Assembly (NCBI GenBank): GCA_951406725.2
Contig: OX597834.1
Location: 43,772,001 to 43,836,000, forward strand
DNA: 64,000 nt
From: Octopus vulgaris
Lineage: Eukaryota
Direction: 5' to 3'
Below are positions 15,349-28,644 of this stretch, piece by piece. The notes under the pieces were generated by a model. The model was given only the letters and a program-made list of their open reading frames with translations. It searched no databases and had not been told where the DNA came from. How positions within the stretch are numbered: position 1 is the first letter of the stretch; each line of letters opens with the position of its first letter. The position numbers and the translations under genes are program-made.

Positions 15349-15673
15349 ATCAATTCGTCCAACATCATCTCCATCACCGCTACTCGTACTACCATCAACA
15401 CAACCGGCACCGCCACGCCCACAGTTAAGAACTAACACCCCAGCATCACCAATACCTCTCCTAAGGCTACCAACATCACTAACGCCACCTGCCGTCGCTA
15501 CCACCGACACCATCACTATCCCCCAACCGCCATAAGACACCCCGGTACACACACCTCCCAAATATTAAAATGATTTCTAGATTTTAATAATAATTTAATT
15601 AAAATAACCGACTTTAAACAGTCGAGAATAATTAGGATTTTGGACAAAATTATTAATATTTAAACATTACGAC

Positions 15674-15738
<65 letters not shown>

Positions 15739-15835
15739 TTCACATTTTCGCCCTCTGAAATTTCTTTTCATGTTCTCGCCTTCCTCTCTTTATCCGATGA
15801 GTATCTTTCTTTCTTTCCTTCTCTCTCTTTCTTAT

Positions 15836-15869
<34 letters not shown>

Positions 15870-16671
15870 TCTCTCGCTCTCTCACTCTCTCTTTTCAACT
15901 TCTTTCCCTTTCACCATTTTTTCTTTGTAATCCTTCCCTCAGTTTCCTATTTTTCTTTTATTCTTTCTCTTACTCTTTCCTACCTCTTTTTCTCACTCTC
16001 TCTCTCTCTCTCTCTCTTTCTATCTCTCTCTCTCTCACTTTCTCCTCGTTGCCACTTTTACACTTCACTAATTCCCTGCATGCCTCCTACATCTCTCTCC
16101 ACTTCCCCTCGCCATCTCTCCTCCAACTCTCCGCTATTCTTTATCTCTTCTCAGACATAATATGTTCTTCCAAGATAACAGGATTTTAATCTAGGAGAAA
16201 TTTGACTATTATTTCTTGCAGGTCGAACGCGCAGTTAATCAGTTCTTCTTTTATGTTGTGCTGTTGCTGTTCTTACTGTCAATCCTGGTCGGCTAACATT
16301 CTTTGGACAGAACAAAGGTGCTTCAGTCTATAAGACTTACATTAGCCAACAAAGGAACTCCTACGTGATGGTGATAAAGTAGTTTTAGAGACATTTAGCG
16401 TCTTCTTTTAGCATGTGGCATTACTTGGTAGTTGCCCTTATTACAATTTTATAAATATATTTATAAAATTAAATACTTTGTATTAATTTTTACCTAAATT
16501 GGTTCTTACGCGCTAGCTACTGGATAAAATCCTATTTAGATTTTATCCTTGGTTGTAATTAATATATATTTATACATACATATATATATATATATATACA
16601 TACATACATATATATATATATATGTATGTATATATATATTTATATATCACGTGACTTTTTCGTGATATATA

Positions 16672-16737
<66 letters not shown>

Positions 16738-16740
<3 letters not shown>

Positions 16741-16962
16741 GAGAGGTTTCTGAAAAGCTCTTGGTTTGGGGTAAAAGAAAATACCAGTGGATCGGTTAAT
16801 TAAAATTTTCTTCAACATATTCTCCTCTCAGATTCACACACTTATCGAAGCGACCCTTCAGCTTTTCTAAGTCTTGTAAAAAGAACTCAGAAGGTTGGGG
16901 CGCCCAGCCAGGCCCTTCCCAAGACCCTTTTAAAGCCAAGAACTTTTCATCACTCCCTCGTA
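16738..16962. mobile_element. mariner-derived MITE
   Basis: TACGAGAGG...TGAAAAG / CTTTTCA...CCCTCGTA TIRs with TA ends; minus strand encodes [27 protein letters not shown], like the mariner transposase C-terminus. Confidence 0.85.
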
Positions 16963-17263
16963 CATTTAGGCACACTGAAATACACAATATTAATTCTTTT
17001 ACATTATTGTCATTTAATTTTTGACCAACGGAGGTGATGTACTGGCCTAACCATTGCAGTGTCAAATCAAATGCCGCGTGCTATTTCTTCCGAACCCTTC
17101 CATTCTGTGTTCAAATTTTGTTGTGGTCTTTATCCTTCTGGGATCAATTTAAGCGACTGACCGAATCCCCATCCACAAAATGTAGATTTATGCCTTTGTA
17201 ATAAATCATTATTTAGTCTTAGATCTGCTCTGATACAACTGATTAATGATTTAAAGCACTCCT

Positions 17264-17476
17264 AAGGCGGCGAGCTGGCAGAACCGTTAGCACGCTGGAC
17301 GAAATGATTACTGGTATTTCGTCTGTCTCTACGTTCTGAGTTCAAATTCCGCCGAGGTCGACTTTGCCTTTCATCCTTTCGGGATCGATAAAGTAAGTAC
17401 CAGTTGCGTACTGGAGTCGATCTAATCGACTGGCCCCCTCTCCCAAAATTTCGAGCTTTGTGCCTAGAGTAGAAAA
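17264..17476 (+). mobile_element. SINE family C (tail E), full length with TSD
   Basis: GGCGGCGAGCTGGCAGAA...GAGTTCAAATTCC head; flanking GATTTAAAGCACTCCT (17248-17263) / GATTTAAAGCGCTCCT (17477-17492). Confidence 0.9.
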
Positions 17477-18086
17477 GATTTAAAGCGCTCCTGTCTTGAC
17501 CACCAAACCGAGAAGTGAAAAATATTTTGCTTTACTTTATTGGCTCGGTCTTGTTTTGACTGAGAAGAGATATGATGAAAGGCGCTCCTACCATGACTAT
17601 TAAGTCTCCTTTCTGCCCAGTGTAAAGTGCAAATGTTGCTGCTGCAGTTGTTATTATTGTTGTTGTTGCTGCTTCTGTTATTATCGTTATTCTTGCTTCT
17701 GCTATTGTTGTTGTTCAACTCAAGTTCGGTTCTAACGAAAGAAGTCTACGAACTGAAGTCGCAATGGTTTGGACGATCCCGTTTATTTATTTATATTTTC
17801 AGACAATGAAATTTAGAATATTTCGTTGAAAATGTAGCAATGCTCATTATGCAATTAGCTAACCATTATTAGCCACTACTATTGCAACCATTGCTGCTAC
17901 TGCTACTGCTACGGCTGCTGCTGCTACTGCTCTGTCTGTGCTCAGACTTTCAGCAAAAGGTTTATTACTCTCAGCTGACATCATAACAAATGAATTAATA
18001 GCCAATTACTTCAAACGATGTCAGTACAGCGCACAACAAAACAAAAAAAAAAACCTCATGTGAAACACACATACGTATACACATAC

Positions 18087-18150
<64 letters not shown>

Positions 18151-18308
18151 TCGTTCTTAGAATTACGAACACACAATCACGCACACACACACACACATAC
18201 AAATAAACATGCATAAATGTACTTAGAATGGTCACAATAGCTGTTGTAACTGTTGTTCTTCTTCTTCTTGCTCTTCCTTTTCTTGTTGTTATTGTTCTTT
18301 TTCCTATT

Positions 18309-18348
<40 letters not shown>

Positions 18349-18829
18349 ATCTAATACTTCTTCTTCTTCTTGCAGCTGTTGTTCCAGGTTGGCGTCCCCA
18401 ACATCACATTCTCCTTTTAGACGCCACATTAGAAATTCAATCCATTCCCAGTCACTTCGAACTAAGAAGAATAAATTAAAACTCAAGAACATGAACGAGA
18501 TTAGCTACGAAAATAATAATTATTGTTATTGAAATAATAATTTTTTTTTTTCTAATTCAGATAACAGGGCAAGGTTTTAGCCAGGGAAATGGAGTACAGA
18601 GAATTCCGATTACTTTAGCACTTCTATTAATTTCTATTGTCTCAATGTACAGTTCACTGTTCGTGGCAAAGCCGCGTTCAAGAAGACGAGAGCGGTTGGC
18701 ATCGCCCACAACAATTGCCATGATTTTCTGTGTCGATCGATGGCTCTTGAAATTCTTGGACCTTGAAAAAGAGTTGTGGCACTATTGATGGATTAAGCAT
18801 TTGTTTCTGGATTAGAAACTCCTTTGCTT

Positions 18830-19015
18830 CATTCCTTATAAAACGTGCCTTCGTTATAAAACGTGCCTTCATTGGCTTCGAACGCTTCCCGCAGCTCAGA
18901 GCGAACTTGCACACTTTTGGTCATCAAATCGTGAATTAGTTCCCAAATGTGACTCGCTAATATCAAGAATTTCTTATCCGTGTCGGAAAGGAAACTGGTT
19001 GTTAGCGTGTCGCAT
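18830..19015 (-). mobile_element. possible Penelope-like GIY-YIG endonuclease remnant
   Basis: LTTSFLSDTDKKFLILASHIWEL resembles the PLE H..SF.......T.LS.HIW.L motif; contains an 18 bp tandem duplication at 18836-18871. Confidence 0.35.
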
Positions 19016-19017
19016 TG

Positions 19018-19074
<57 letters not shown>

Positions 19075-19120
19075 TGTGTATGTGTGTGTGTGTATGTGTG
19101 TGTGTTTGCGTGTGTATGTG

Positions 19121-19160
<40 letters not shown>

Positions 19161-19259
19161 TATATGTGTGTGTGTGTTTACATATAATGAGAGGTGCGCG
19201 GCTTTGGGGATTTTTAACTCTTTTTTCTAGCAAACATGTGCATACTCTACCCTGACATT

Positions 19260-19398
19260 TACGTCTACCGAATAATAAGCTAACAAGACTTTGATTGGTC
19301 CGCGGGTATAGCGGAAGACACTTGCCTAAGGTGAAGGCACGGGGAAACTGAACCCATGACCATAGGATTGGAAAACCAAGCTCTTAACCACACAAACA
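19260..19398 (-). mobile_element. SINE family D head, diverged
   Basis: GAAGACACTTGCCTAAGG...ACTGAACCC...TTAACCACACA. Confidence 0.7.
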
Positions 19399-20032
19399 TA
19401 ACCAACCACAGTAACAGTCATATTTCAGGATATTTTTTAAATGTTTCTTGTGGATGAAGACCTTCTGATCATTCACTTCTCAGGCCTCAAGGCCGAGAAT
19501 GCATCAACTAGGCAGAATAACCTACTGAAATATAAAATATTTTACAATATTTCATGAAATAAAAGCGATTATTATTTGTTCTTTAACTTAGTATGCACTC
19601 ATTAGATATAAAATATACAGTATTAAACTGTGAAAGCGTATTGTAAATTGCGGAAATTTGAAAGCTAAGTTTCGCAGTAAACCTAGTTTCAAAAAGCTAT
19701 TAAAATAACATCGACAAATGGTTTATTAGTAAATGCTTTTATTTTGCGAAAATTATTTTAAATTATGAAACATGTATGGCCTTATATTAAATACTAATTA
19801 GGTGATTTAGGCATATTATCAAAGAGCCAATTAAAAGTTAAAATAAGTAGCATATGGAATGGTTGAACAGCAGAAGTAATAAAAGTTTATTTTATTAAAA
19901 GCTTTCATAAACGTGCACTTGTTGCTTGTACACCAGGTGAATATCTCACTAATTATTCGCATTTTTCTGGTCATTTCTTTTTATTGATCAATAAATTTTA
20001 ACTTTAAACTTTTGCTTCAAATTATTAGCAAA

Positions 20033-20086
<54 letters not shown>

Positions 20087-20225
20087 TGTGTGTGTGTGTA
20101 TTTGTGTGTGTACATACGCATATATAAATGCAAAGAGTAAAATAGGGGAGAGAGAGAGAGATATGCATACACACATACAATATTATATATGTGCTTATAT
20201 TTGTGCATGTGTGTGTGTGCGTGTA

Positions 20226-20273
<48 letters not shown>

Positions 20274-20743
20274 AATACGTATTATGAACACAATGGACAT
20301 GAAGACAGAATATACCACGGAATGGACAAGTTGTAACCAATGATACGCACAAGTTTAACACTTTAGCGAGAAGCATTTTTACATACACACACAGAAGCAC
20401 AAAGGCATACTCACACACACGCACACACGCACACACACACACACACACATATACACATACATACATACATACAAACATACCTATGATTTAGATAATTTCA
20501 CCTCTTCCTTAGATAGGACATGCTTGTAAAATCGGTTATCAGGCCATGAAAAAATAAAAACAAAAAGCGGCAAACAATAAGCTCGAAAACTGTCAAAGTT
20601 TTTTTTCAGTCTTCGGTCTTAGAGAGAAAACCAAGTAGATTCAACATCTACTGTAATATCTCCCTCCCACATACACACTCTCTCTCCATCCTCATACCTC
20701 TCTTTCTTTCTCTACTTACATATACATACATGTACACACACAG

Positions 20744-20784
<41 letters not shown>

Positions 20785-21605
20785 ATCAAACCAATTATTA
20801 TACTGCATCCTCTGAAAAGAATACCGAATGACTACACCAATAAATTTTGACATTTTCTTGGATGTCGTGTTAAAACAGAAAGTACCAATTATATTTAGAG
20901 CGCTTGTCTTAGAGGATTTTTTTTTCTCTCTCAAATACGGAAAATCTCATATCAGAAATTAGAGGATCGTAGTCGAGAATATTTACAATCCCATGAATAT
21001 TCAGTTAATCTAGATTGTGTTAAGAAACGTTTTGAGAGATGACTGATTACAAACAAACATAGTTATTGGATAAATAGACACAAAGATGACGAGAAATGAA
21101 AAAAACAGAGCATTGCTATAAGCTTCTGGATCTTTTAATTAGCATTAATTATTCTGTGTTTAAACGAACGTAAGTTTATCTGACAATGGATAAACATTTC
21201 CATCGAGTTGTGATTAACGAAACTCACGTTTTCAATTGTGTTAAAAAAAATCTCTGAATGAAATATCTAATTTGTTTGGATATATTGTTTAGGAAAATAT
21301 ATTACATACCGAAAATAGAAACCAAATGATTTCCGTTTTATCTTAAATTGTACATCAAATATAAGTCGTGTAGAAAAAGTTACAGTTCCAAGAACTCTCA
21401 ATAAGAGTTAGACATACGACAATTAGCAAAACGACAAGCATAAGATTATGTGAAAGCATATGAAATTATATTTGATTTTCTGAGAAGAAAACAAGCCAGA
21501 CTTATTTTGATATAAGGTTTTCCGTATTTGAGAAACCAAAACCTTTAAAACAAACGCAGTAAGTATAACTGGTAATTTCTGCTAAAACAAGACATCTAAG
21601 AAAAT

Positions 21606-21693
21606 AGGGGAATATGTTGGATAAAATCATAATTAACTGATCCTCCTGTGTTTTCTTTTACCAAAGTCAGGAACTTTTCAGCACTCCCTCGTA
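21606..21693. mobile_element. mariner MITE half copy
   Basis: CAGGAACTTTTCAGCACTCCCTCGTA TIR plus sequence homologous to 16738 and 38896 copies. Confidence 0.8.
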
Positions 21694-22207
21694 TATTTTT
21701 GTGTCCTACTTTTACATGAAGTTGGATTCTTCTGAAGTCTAAATATGGTAAAAGCATTACCATAAAATCTTTATGAAGTACAGATTCGAATGTGTCAAAG
21801 TCCTTTAATATAAAATAATAGGCGTCTAAGAAAAAGTTTATGACCTTTTCCAAATGTCAGCTTCTGATGCAGCAAAACGAAATGAAGCAGGCACTCTTCG
21901 GAGAGATTTAAAAGATTTGTGATGCAAGAGTCTCTTTTCTGGTAAAGTCGATTGTCTGACATGACGTCTTGGGCGAAGTAAGTATTGTCAGTTAAACGAT
22001 GGCGAGCCTCTCTGTGGAACTGGCGACCGCAATTCCTTTAATAATTAATATTACTAATTACTTGATTGCTTATCATACAAATAAATATTAAAGATGTTAT
22101 CTTGAGCAAAATAAATTGCAGCAAAATTAGGTAAAGTGCCACTTTTTTTTAAGTATATTAATGGAGCAGAAAAATATGGCAGCTCGACTATGAGAGATTT
22201 GATATGA

Positions 22208-22533
22208 GCGCGACATGGTGATCTCATATCAAGATAAACAGCGCATAGCTTTGCAAATGGGGGCCCAGTTAGAATTTTCTTCAGGCTGAGTAGCCAATCC
22301 CGCTCAAAAAGTCCCTAAATAAGGGTTGTTTAAGGATGTTGAACGAAACACCCATGTTTCCAGAGGTGATTTATTCAAATCCCAAAGAATACCTCTCAAC
22401 ACATGGCTGTGATGCTCCCCCACTACTTCTGCTCGTGATCAGAGATGCACATATCGTCAGCCACTAAGAGACAAACAAATCTGTGGAATTGAGCAGAATA
22501 TTTGCTGTAGCCCATCTTTTATACCAAAACAAA
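22208..22533 (-). mobile_element. dispersed repeat G (probable non-LTR 3' UTR), next to (TTA)n
   Basis: high similarity to 61066-61421; strand inferred from the TAA-ending terminus of the longer copy. Confidence 0.75.
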
Positions 22534-22719
22534 TTATTATTATTATTACTACATGAATTTTAACAGCTCAAAAGATTCAGTAGTACATGAAGATTTTAAA
22601 GTAACTAAAACTGTGTCAAACGAAAATAAACTCTGAGAGTAGCATGTCAAGGTTTGGAGGATAAAATACCTAGAAAAATAGTGATATCCATGAAAGTGAC
22701 CTCATGATTGAATTACATA

Positions 22720-23121
22720 TTGGTTTCAAAATTTGGAACAAGGCCAGCGATTTCGATGGGGGCTTTGTTGGGTAAGTATTCAACTCGTACTTATTTTATC
22801 GACCCCGAAAAGATGAAGGCCTAAGTTGACCCCAGAGGCATTTAAACTCAGAACATAAAGTTAGATGAAAGCAATTTTATACTAATAATTATTATCATTT
22901 CTAGTCTGGGCACAAGGCCTTCAAAATTTGTTGGGTAGAGGGGCTAGTCGATTACGTTGACTCCAGTGCGTAACTAATACTTATTTTATCGATCCCGAAA
23001 GGATGAAAGGAAAAGTCGACCTCGAAAGGAATTTGAACTCAGAACGTAACGACGGTCGAAACACTACTATGCATTTTTTCCCGCGTGCTAACGATTCTGC
23101 CAGCTCGCCACCTTAAATAAC

Positions 23122-23158
<37 letters not shown>

Positions 23159-23766
23159 GTTTCAAATTTTGGCAATACGCCAGAAAGTTCGGAAGAGGGA
23201 ATAAATCAATAACATCGACCCTCAATGTTCCACTGGTAGTTATTTGATCGACCCCGAAAAGTTAAAAATCAAAAACCTCGAAAAGATGAAAGGCAATGTC
23301 GACCTCAGAACTCAGAACTCTAAGAATTTTACCCGGCGTGCCAACGATACTTATTTCTTTATTGCTCACAAGGGGATAAACATAGAGGGGACAAACAAGG
23401 ACAGACAAACGGATTAAGTCAATTACATCGACACCAGTGCATAACTGGTACTTAATTTATCGACACCAAAAGGATGAAAGGCAAAGTCCACCTCGGTTTA
23501 ATTTGAACTCAGAACGTAACACCAGACGAAATACCTACTTCTTTACTACCCACAAGGGGCTAAACACAGAGGGGACAAACAAGGACAGACAAACGGATTA
23601 AGTGGATTACATCGACACCAGTGCGTAACTGGTACTTAATTTATCGACCCCATAAGGATGAAAGGCAAAGTCGACCTCGGCGGAATTTGAACTCAGAACG
23701 TAGCGGCAGACGAAATACCGCTAAGCATTTCGCCCGGTGTGCTAACGGTTCTGCCAGCTCGCCGCC
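22720..23766 (-). mobile_element. cluster of five co-oriented family C SINE units
   Basis: units ~22720-22870, 22895-23113, 23158-23350, 23351-23535, 23536-23766, each with TTATCGAC...GATGAAAGG...GAACTCAGAAC-like core. Confidence 0.9.
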
Positions 23767-24222
23767 CTCCCATTCGTCAATAGTAATGAATTACAAAATG
23801 TCATGGCAAATTTGAGGTTCGCATTATGAATAATGCTTATAATATCCATAAAGGTGAAAAGGGGAGAGAGAAGATTTTTGAAACTAAGACATAGATACGT
23901 ATTTATGGTCGTAAATGACAGAATATATTATATTCTTGTCGATATAATCAATACAGAAAGATATTTTTGTAAGTGATACACTCAGACAGTGATATGAAAG
24001 CATTTGTAGCTGTAAAGCCGAGCGAATGTATTTTAGTTCTGCTGTGCTTAGAATCTCTTCCTTTGTTCATATTCCTGAATTTGTAAAGGAGAAACTTCCT
24101 AATTGGAGATGGCCAGCACATTTTCTTTGGACTTTTCTCACCAATCCACTCAGTATCCAGTCAATGTTTATATCAAAAAATGTGTTGAGAACATTACCAG
24201 TAATTAATGAAGATTCCTCTTC

Positions 24223-24272
<50 letters not shown>

Positions 24273-24329
24273 TTATTTCTCTCTCCTTATCATTATCGCC
24301 TTCTCTTAGTTTTATCCCTTTCTATCTTA

Positions 24330-24455
24330 GACACAAGGCCTTAAGGTCTTGAGAAGGGGACGTTGGCAATCATATCGAACCCAATGCTTCACTGATATTT
24401 ATTTTATCGACCCCGAAAGACGAAAGGCAAAAGTCGACATTGGCAGAATTTGAAA
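24330..24455 (-). mobile_element. SINE family C fragment
   Basis: TTTATCGACCCCGAAAGACGAAAGGCAAAAGTCGAC. Confidence 0.75.
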
Positions 24456-24480
24456 TAACTGTATATATGTGTATGTGTGT

Positions 24481-24550
<70 letters not shown>

Positions 24551-24554
<4 letters not shown>

Positions 24555-24980
24555 CAAAATGAGATACCAAAGCCAAGGCTGTGAAGTATTTTGAGGACAT
24601 TTATAAGAAAAGAAACATAGATATAGTCTTACAGCTGTTTCTGGGATATCATGAATATCCCGTCATCAGAGCCGATGTGAGATGGTTAAATACAGGTAAA
24701 TATTTCAGTTCGAAATAGAGAATTATTAAGGAAAAAGAGGAGATAGAGAATATAGAGGGAACTAAGAGAATGGAAATAGAAATAAAATATAAAATATATA
24801 AAGATATTGTAGCGGCAGTTCCATTATTCGAGGAAAGTGGTGTATAGAAGAGGTAAAGAAGTTTCCTGTACATGGTATGTAAGTTCCAATAGTAGTTCGT
24901 GTTTAGTCATTTGAAAGAGTAAGGGGCCGGGGACTCTGTGTTGCTCATTCGAAAGGGTCTTGTGGTGTGAATATAACAAC
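24551..24980 (-). mobile_element. Penelope-like pseudo-LTR/3' end between (TA)n tracts
   Basis: contains the minimal hammerhead motif at 24625-24674; classification inferred from the known PLE-hammerhead association. Confidence 0.5.
24625..24674 (-). ncRNA. minimal type-I hammerhead ribozyme-like motif
   Basis: minus strand: cggct CUGAUGA c GGGAUAU ucaug AUAUCCC a GAA ACAGCUGU A agacu; 7 bp stem II, palindromic stem III, GUA triplet; stem I and first stem II pair are mismatched. Confidence 0.7.
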
Positions 24981-25277
24981 CATATATATATATATATATG
25001 ATCATATCTGCATAATAATCAAGTGAATATGTATGTGTGTGCGTGTATAAATAGAGGTGTATATATGTACACGAGACTGTTCATTCACAAGGCAATATCT
25101 TCTGCATTGAAACTACATAGATGTTTATTAATTTGTATGTATACTGTCTATTTCCTGATGCATATGCTCCTTTTGCGGATTATATCTGTGTTGGCACACG
25201 TACAATATACACACATACGCATATATATATATATATATATATTCATTTATATAAATACACACACACAAATACATATA

Positions 25278-25309
<32 letters not shown>

Positions 25310-25834
25310 TCTATATATATATGTGTATGTTTCTGCATGTGGTGTTTGTTCGCGGCTGTATATATTGATGGCTCCCTGTATGTAATTGTATGTGAGAATG
25401 TGTTTAAGTGTATATGTGTAGAAGTTCTCCAAGCATTCCCCAACCACCATTTTCCTGCCTCTTTTATACCTGTTTTTATTTTTTATTTTTGTTTGTTTGC
25501 TTTTTTTTTCCTTTCTTTTTTTTCTAATCCTTGTTTGTTTTCGGAATATATTGTATAATTTTGCGTGTATTATTTGTTTTTATCTCTTCATTTTTTCTGA
25601 TGCCGATATCTCACAGTTGGTTTCTTATTAAATATCATTTACTTCAAGTAGGCTACAATGGGAAGTAGATAAAGCTGAAACGGAAGGAAAGCTGATACGA
25701 TAAAAACCCCTTCCCTCGTTCTTACGAATCCATACACAACGATGGCCAATACAAATAACAATCACAAACACACACACACAACACACACACAGCAACAACA
25801 ATAAAGAAAATAATAATGGCAGGGATAATAACGA

Positions 25835-25850
25835 GAATAATAATAATAAC

Positions 25851-25909
<59 letters not shown>

Positions 25910-25923
25910 TAATAATAATAATG

Positions 25924-25999
<76 letters not shown>

Positions 26000-26176
26000 T
26001 AATAATAATAACAATAATAATAATAACAACAACAATAATAATAACAATAATAATAATGATGATGATGATAATAATAAAAATAATGATGATGATGATGATG
26101 CTGATGATGATGCCGATGATGATGACGATGGTGATGAGGGTGGTGGTGGTGGTGATGATGATGATGATGATGGTGG

Positions 26177-26239
<63 letters not shown>

Positions 26240-26290
26240 CGATGACGATGATGATGATGATGAGGGTGGTGGTGGTGGTGGTCGTGATGA
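25835..26290. repeat. compound (AAT)n-(GAT)n-(GGT)n microsatellite
   Basis: directly visible. Confidence 0.97.
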
Positions 26291-26643
26291 TAACGTTGAG
26301 GAGAAGAAGACGAAGGAGGAGCAGGAGGAGAATGAAGGAGAATGGTAGGATGTTGATTTAGAATACTATGGCGATGATAATGCTAATGACAATGATAATA
26401 TTAATATGCAACGAGGACGAAAGAAGAAAAAAATCATAAATCCAGTTTGCTGACACTATGCAACCTGTTATACATACATACATACATACATACATACACA
26501 CATACATACATACATATATATACATATATATATACATAATACATATATTCATATGTACACACACACACACATATTTGTATATATATATATACATACATAA
26601 TATATGCATATACACACACATATATATATACATATATATATAC

Positions 26644-26740
<97 letters not shown>

Positions 26741-27001
26741 CCACATGTTCCTAGATAAATATTATTCTCGCAGCGAAAGCTATTCAAATAAGAAAGAATG
26801 TGCGTATGTGTGTGTGTGTGTGTGTCTACGTGTGTGTGCGTGCGCGCCTCTGTATGTGTGTGTATGTGTGTAAGCGTGTATGTGTGTTTCTGTGTGTGTG
26901 TGTGTGTATGAAGTGATTGTGTGCCAATGCCCGTAAATCTCTATCCAAGCCAAAACATCTCAGTGACATCACCTACACCGCTAAATATACGCACATGCAT
27001 G

Positions 27002-27095
<94 letters not shown>

Positions 27096-27922
27096 TATGT
27101 ATGTATGCATGTATACGTAGTAGATAAATACACATAGATATAGATAGATAGATATTTATATGAGTTTCTTTATGCATTTATATATATATATGCGTATTGA
27201 TTGGACATCCACGCATATGTATATATTGTGAACGGACAAAATGACCATCGTCCAATGCAAGTTTTTATTAACATCAGCAAACAATCTAGGGTCTTAATCA
27301 GTTTTTTTCGTTTTCTATTTTACTTTTTTGTGTTGTCTTTCTTCGCAGAGGGCCAGATATTCTTCATGCTTCAACTGGTTTCAGATACGCCTGGAATGGT
27401 CTGTATCTAATATGGCCTACACTAATCAAACCCTTTTCACTAGGTTTGTATTTTGTTCTATATATACATGCATTAATATTCTTATATGAGTGTATATATA
27501 CATACATATATATATATATATATATTAATACATTTATATATAATGATAGGATATATAATGCATATAGATATATACATCTGAACATATGAGATTATATTTG
27601 TGTGTGGGTGTGTGGGTGGGTAGGTGTGGGTGTGAGTGTGGGTGGAACAATAATTGAAGGTGGACGCAGTTTTCTGAGTTATAGATATACTTATGAAATT
27701 ATATATACATGTGTTTGTGTGTGTGTGTGTGTGTGTGTGCGTGTGTGTGTGTGTGTGTTACGATATAGTCTTGTGGGGTTTGCGGCGTGCACGTGTGTAT
27801 GTGGGTTTTGCTATTTATATGAATAAAACTTGTTGCCTCTTTCTTACATTCAGAAAGGGCAGAAGCAACTCAGAAGGACAACAACAATACCATTCATAAC
27901 ACCGATTACAGCAACAACAGCA

Positions 27923-28288
27923 GGAGGCGCAATGGCCCAATGGTCAGGGCAGTGGACTCGCGGTCGGAGGATCGCAGTTTCGATTCCCAGACCGGGCGTT
28001 GTGTGTGCTTATTGAGCGAAAACACCTAAAGCTCCACGAGGCTCCAGTAGGGGTGGTGGCGACCCCTGTTGTACTCTTTCGCCCCAACTTTCTCTCACTC
28101 TTTCTTCCTGCTTCTTGTCCCCGACTTCCTACGCAACCGCTGAGCCTGGATGCGCATTCATCCATCCGTCGATGCTCACGGTGTCGGGGGTTGACCTGCT
28201 TTCTCTTCTGCGAGTCTTACGAATAGCAAAGGACCACGTTTCGGACTTCTCCCATCTTGCGAGCTCTGGGACGAATACCGTTCACTCA
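27923..28288 (+). mobile_element. SINE head A with an alternative 3' tail
   Basis: first ~190 bp match 10736 copy to CTTTCTCTCACTCTTTCT; remainder unrelated to tail A. Confidence 0.85.
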
Positions 28289-28404
28289 ACAGCAACAGGA
28301 ACAGCAATAACAGCAACAGAAAACAACTACAACAGCAACAGCAAAATGGGCCGCAAAAATAGCAACAAATACTAAAGTATTATCTATACAATATCAACCA
28401 AAAT

Positions 28405-28545
28405 CGGCGAGGTGACAGGAACACGAGCTCCTCGGGCGAAATGCTTAGCTGTATTACGTCTGTCTTTACGTTCTAAGTTCAAATTCCGCTGAGGCCGACT
28501 TTGGCTTTCATAATTTCGGGCACGATAAATTAAGTACCAGTCATG
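28405..28545 (+). mobile_element. SINE family C, diverged and 3' truncated
   Basis: GGGCGAAATGCTTAGC...AAGTTCAAATTCCGCTGAGGCCGACTT. Confidence 0.8.
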
Positions 28546-28644
28546 TACTTAAATAGTGAAAACTCCAATGTAGAGTTTGATTAAATTTGGGTCATTCAGA
28601 ATTTATTACAATTAAGTTTCATTTGAGAAAGAAAATGAAGGTGA

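Noticed and set aside
22720-23766. Regularly spaced repeats (CRISPR-like or satellite)
   Set aside because: Units are ~200 bp SINE copies without unique spacers; eukaryotic context.
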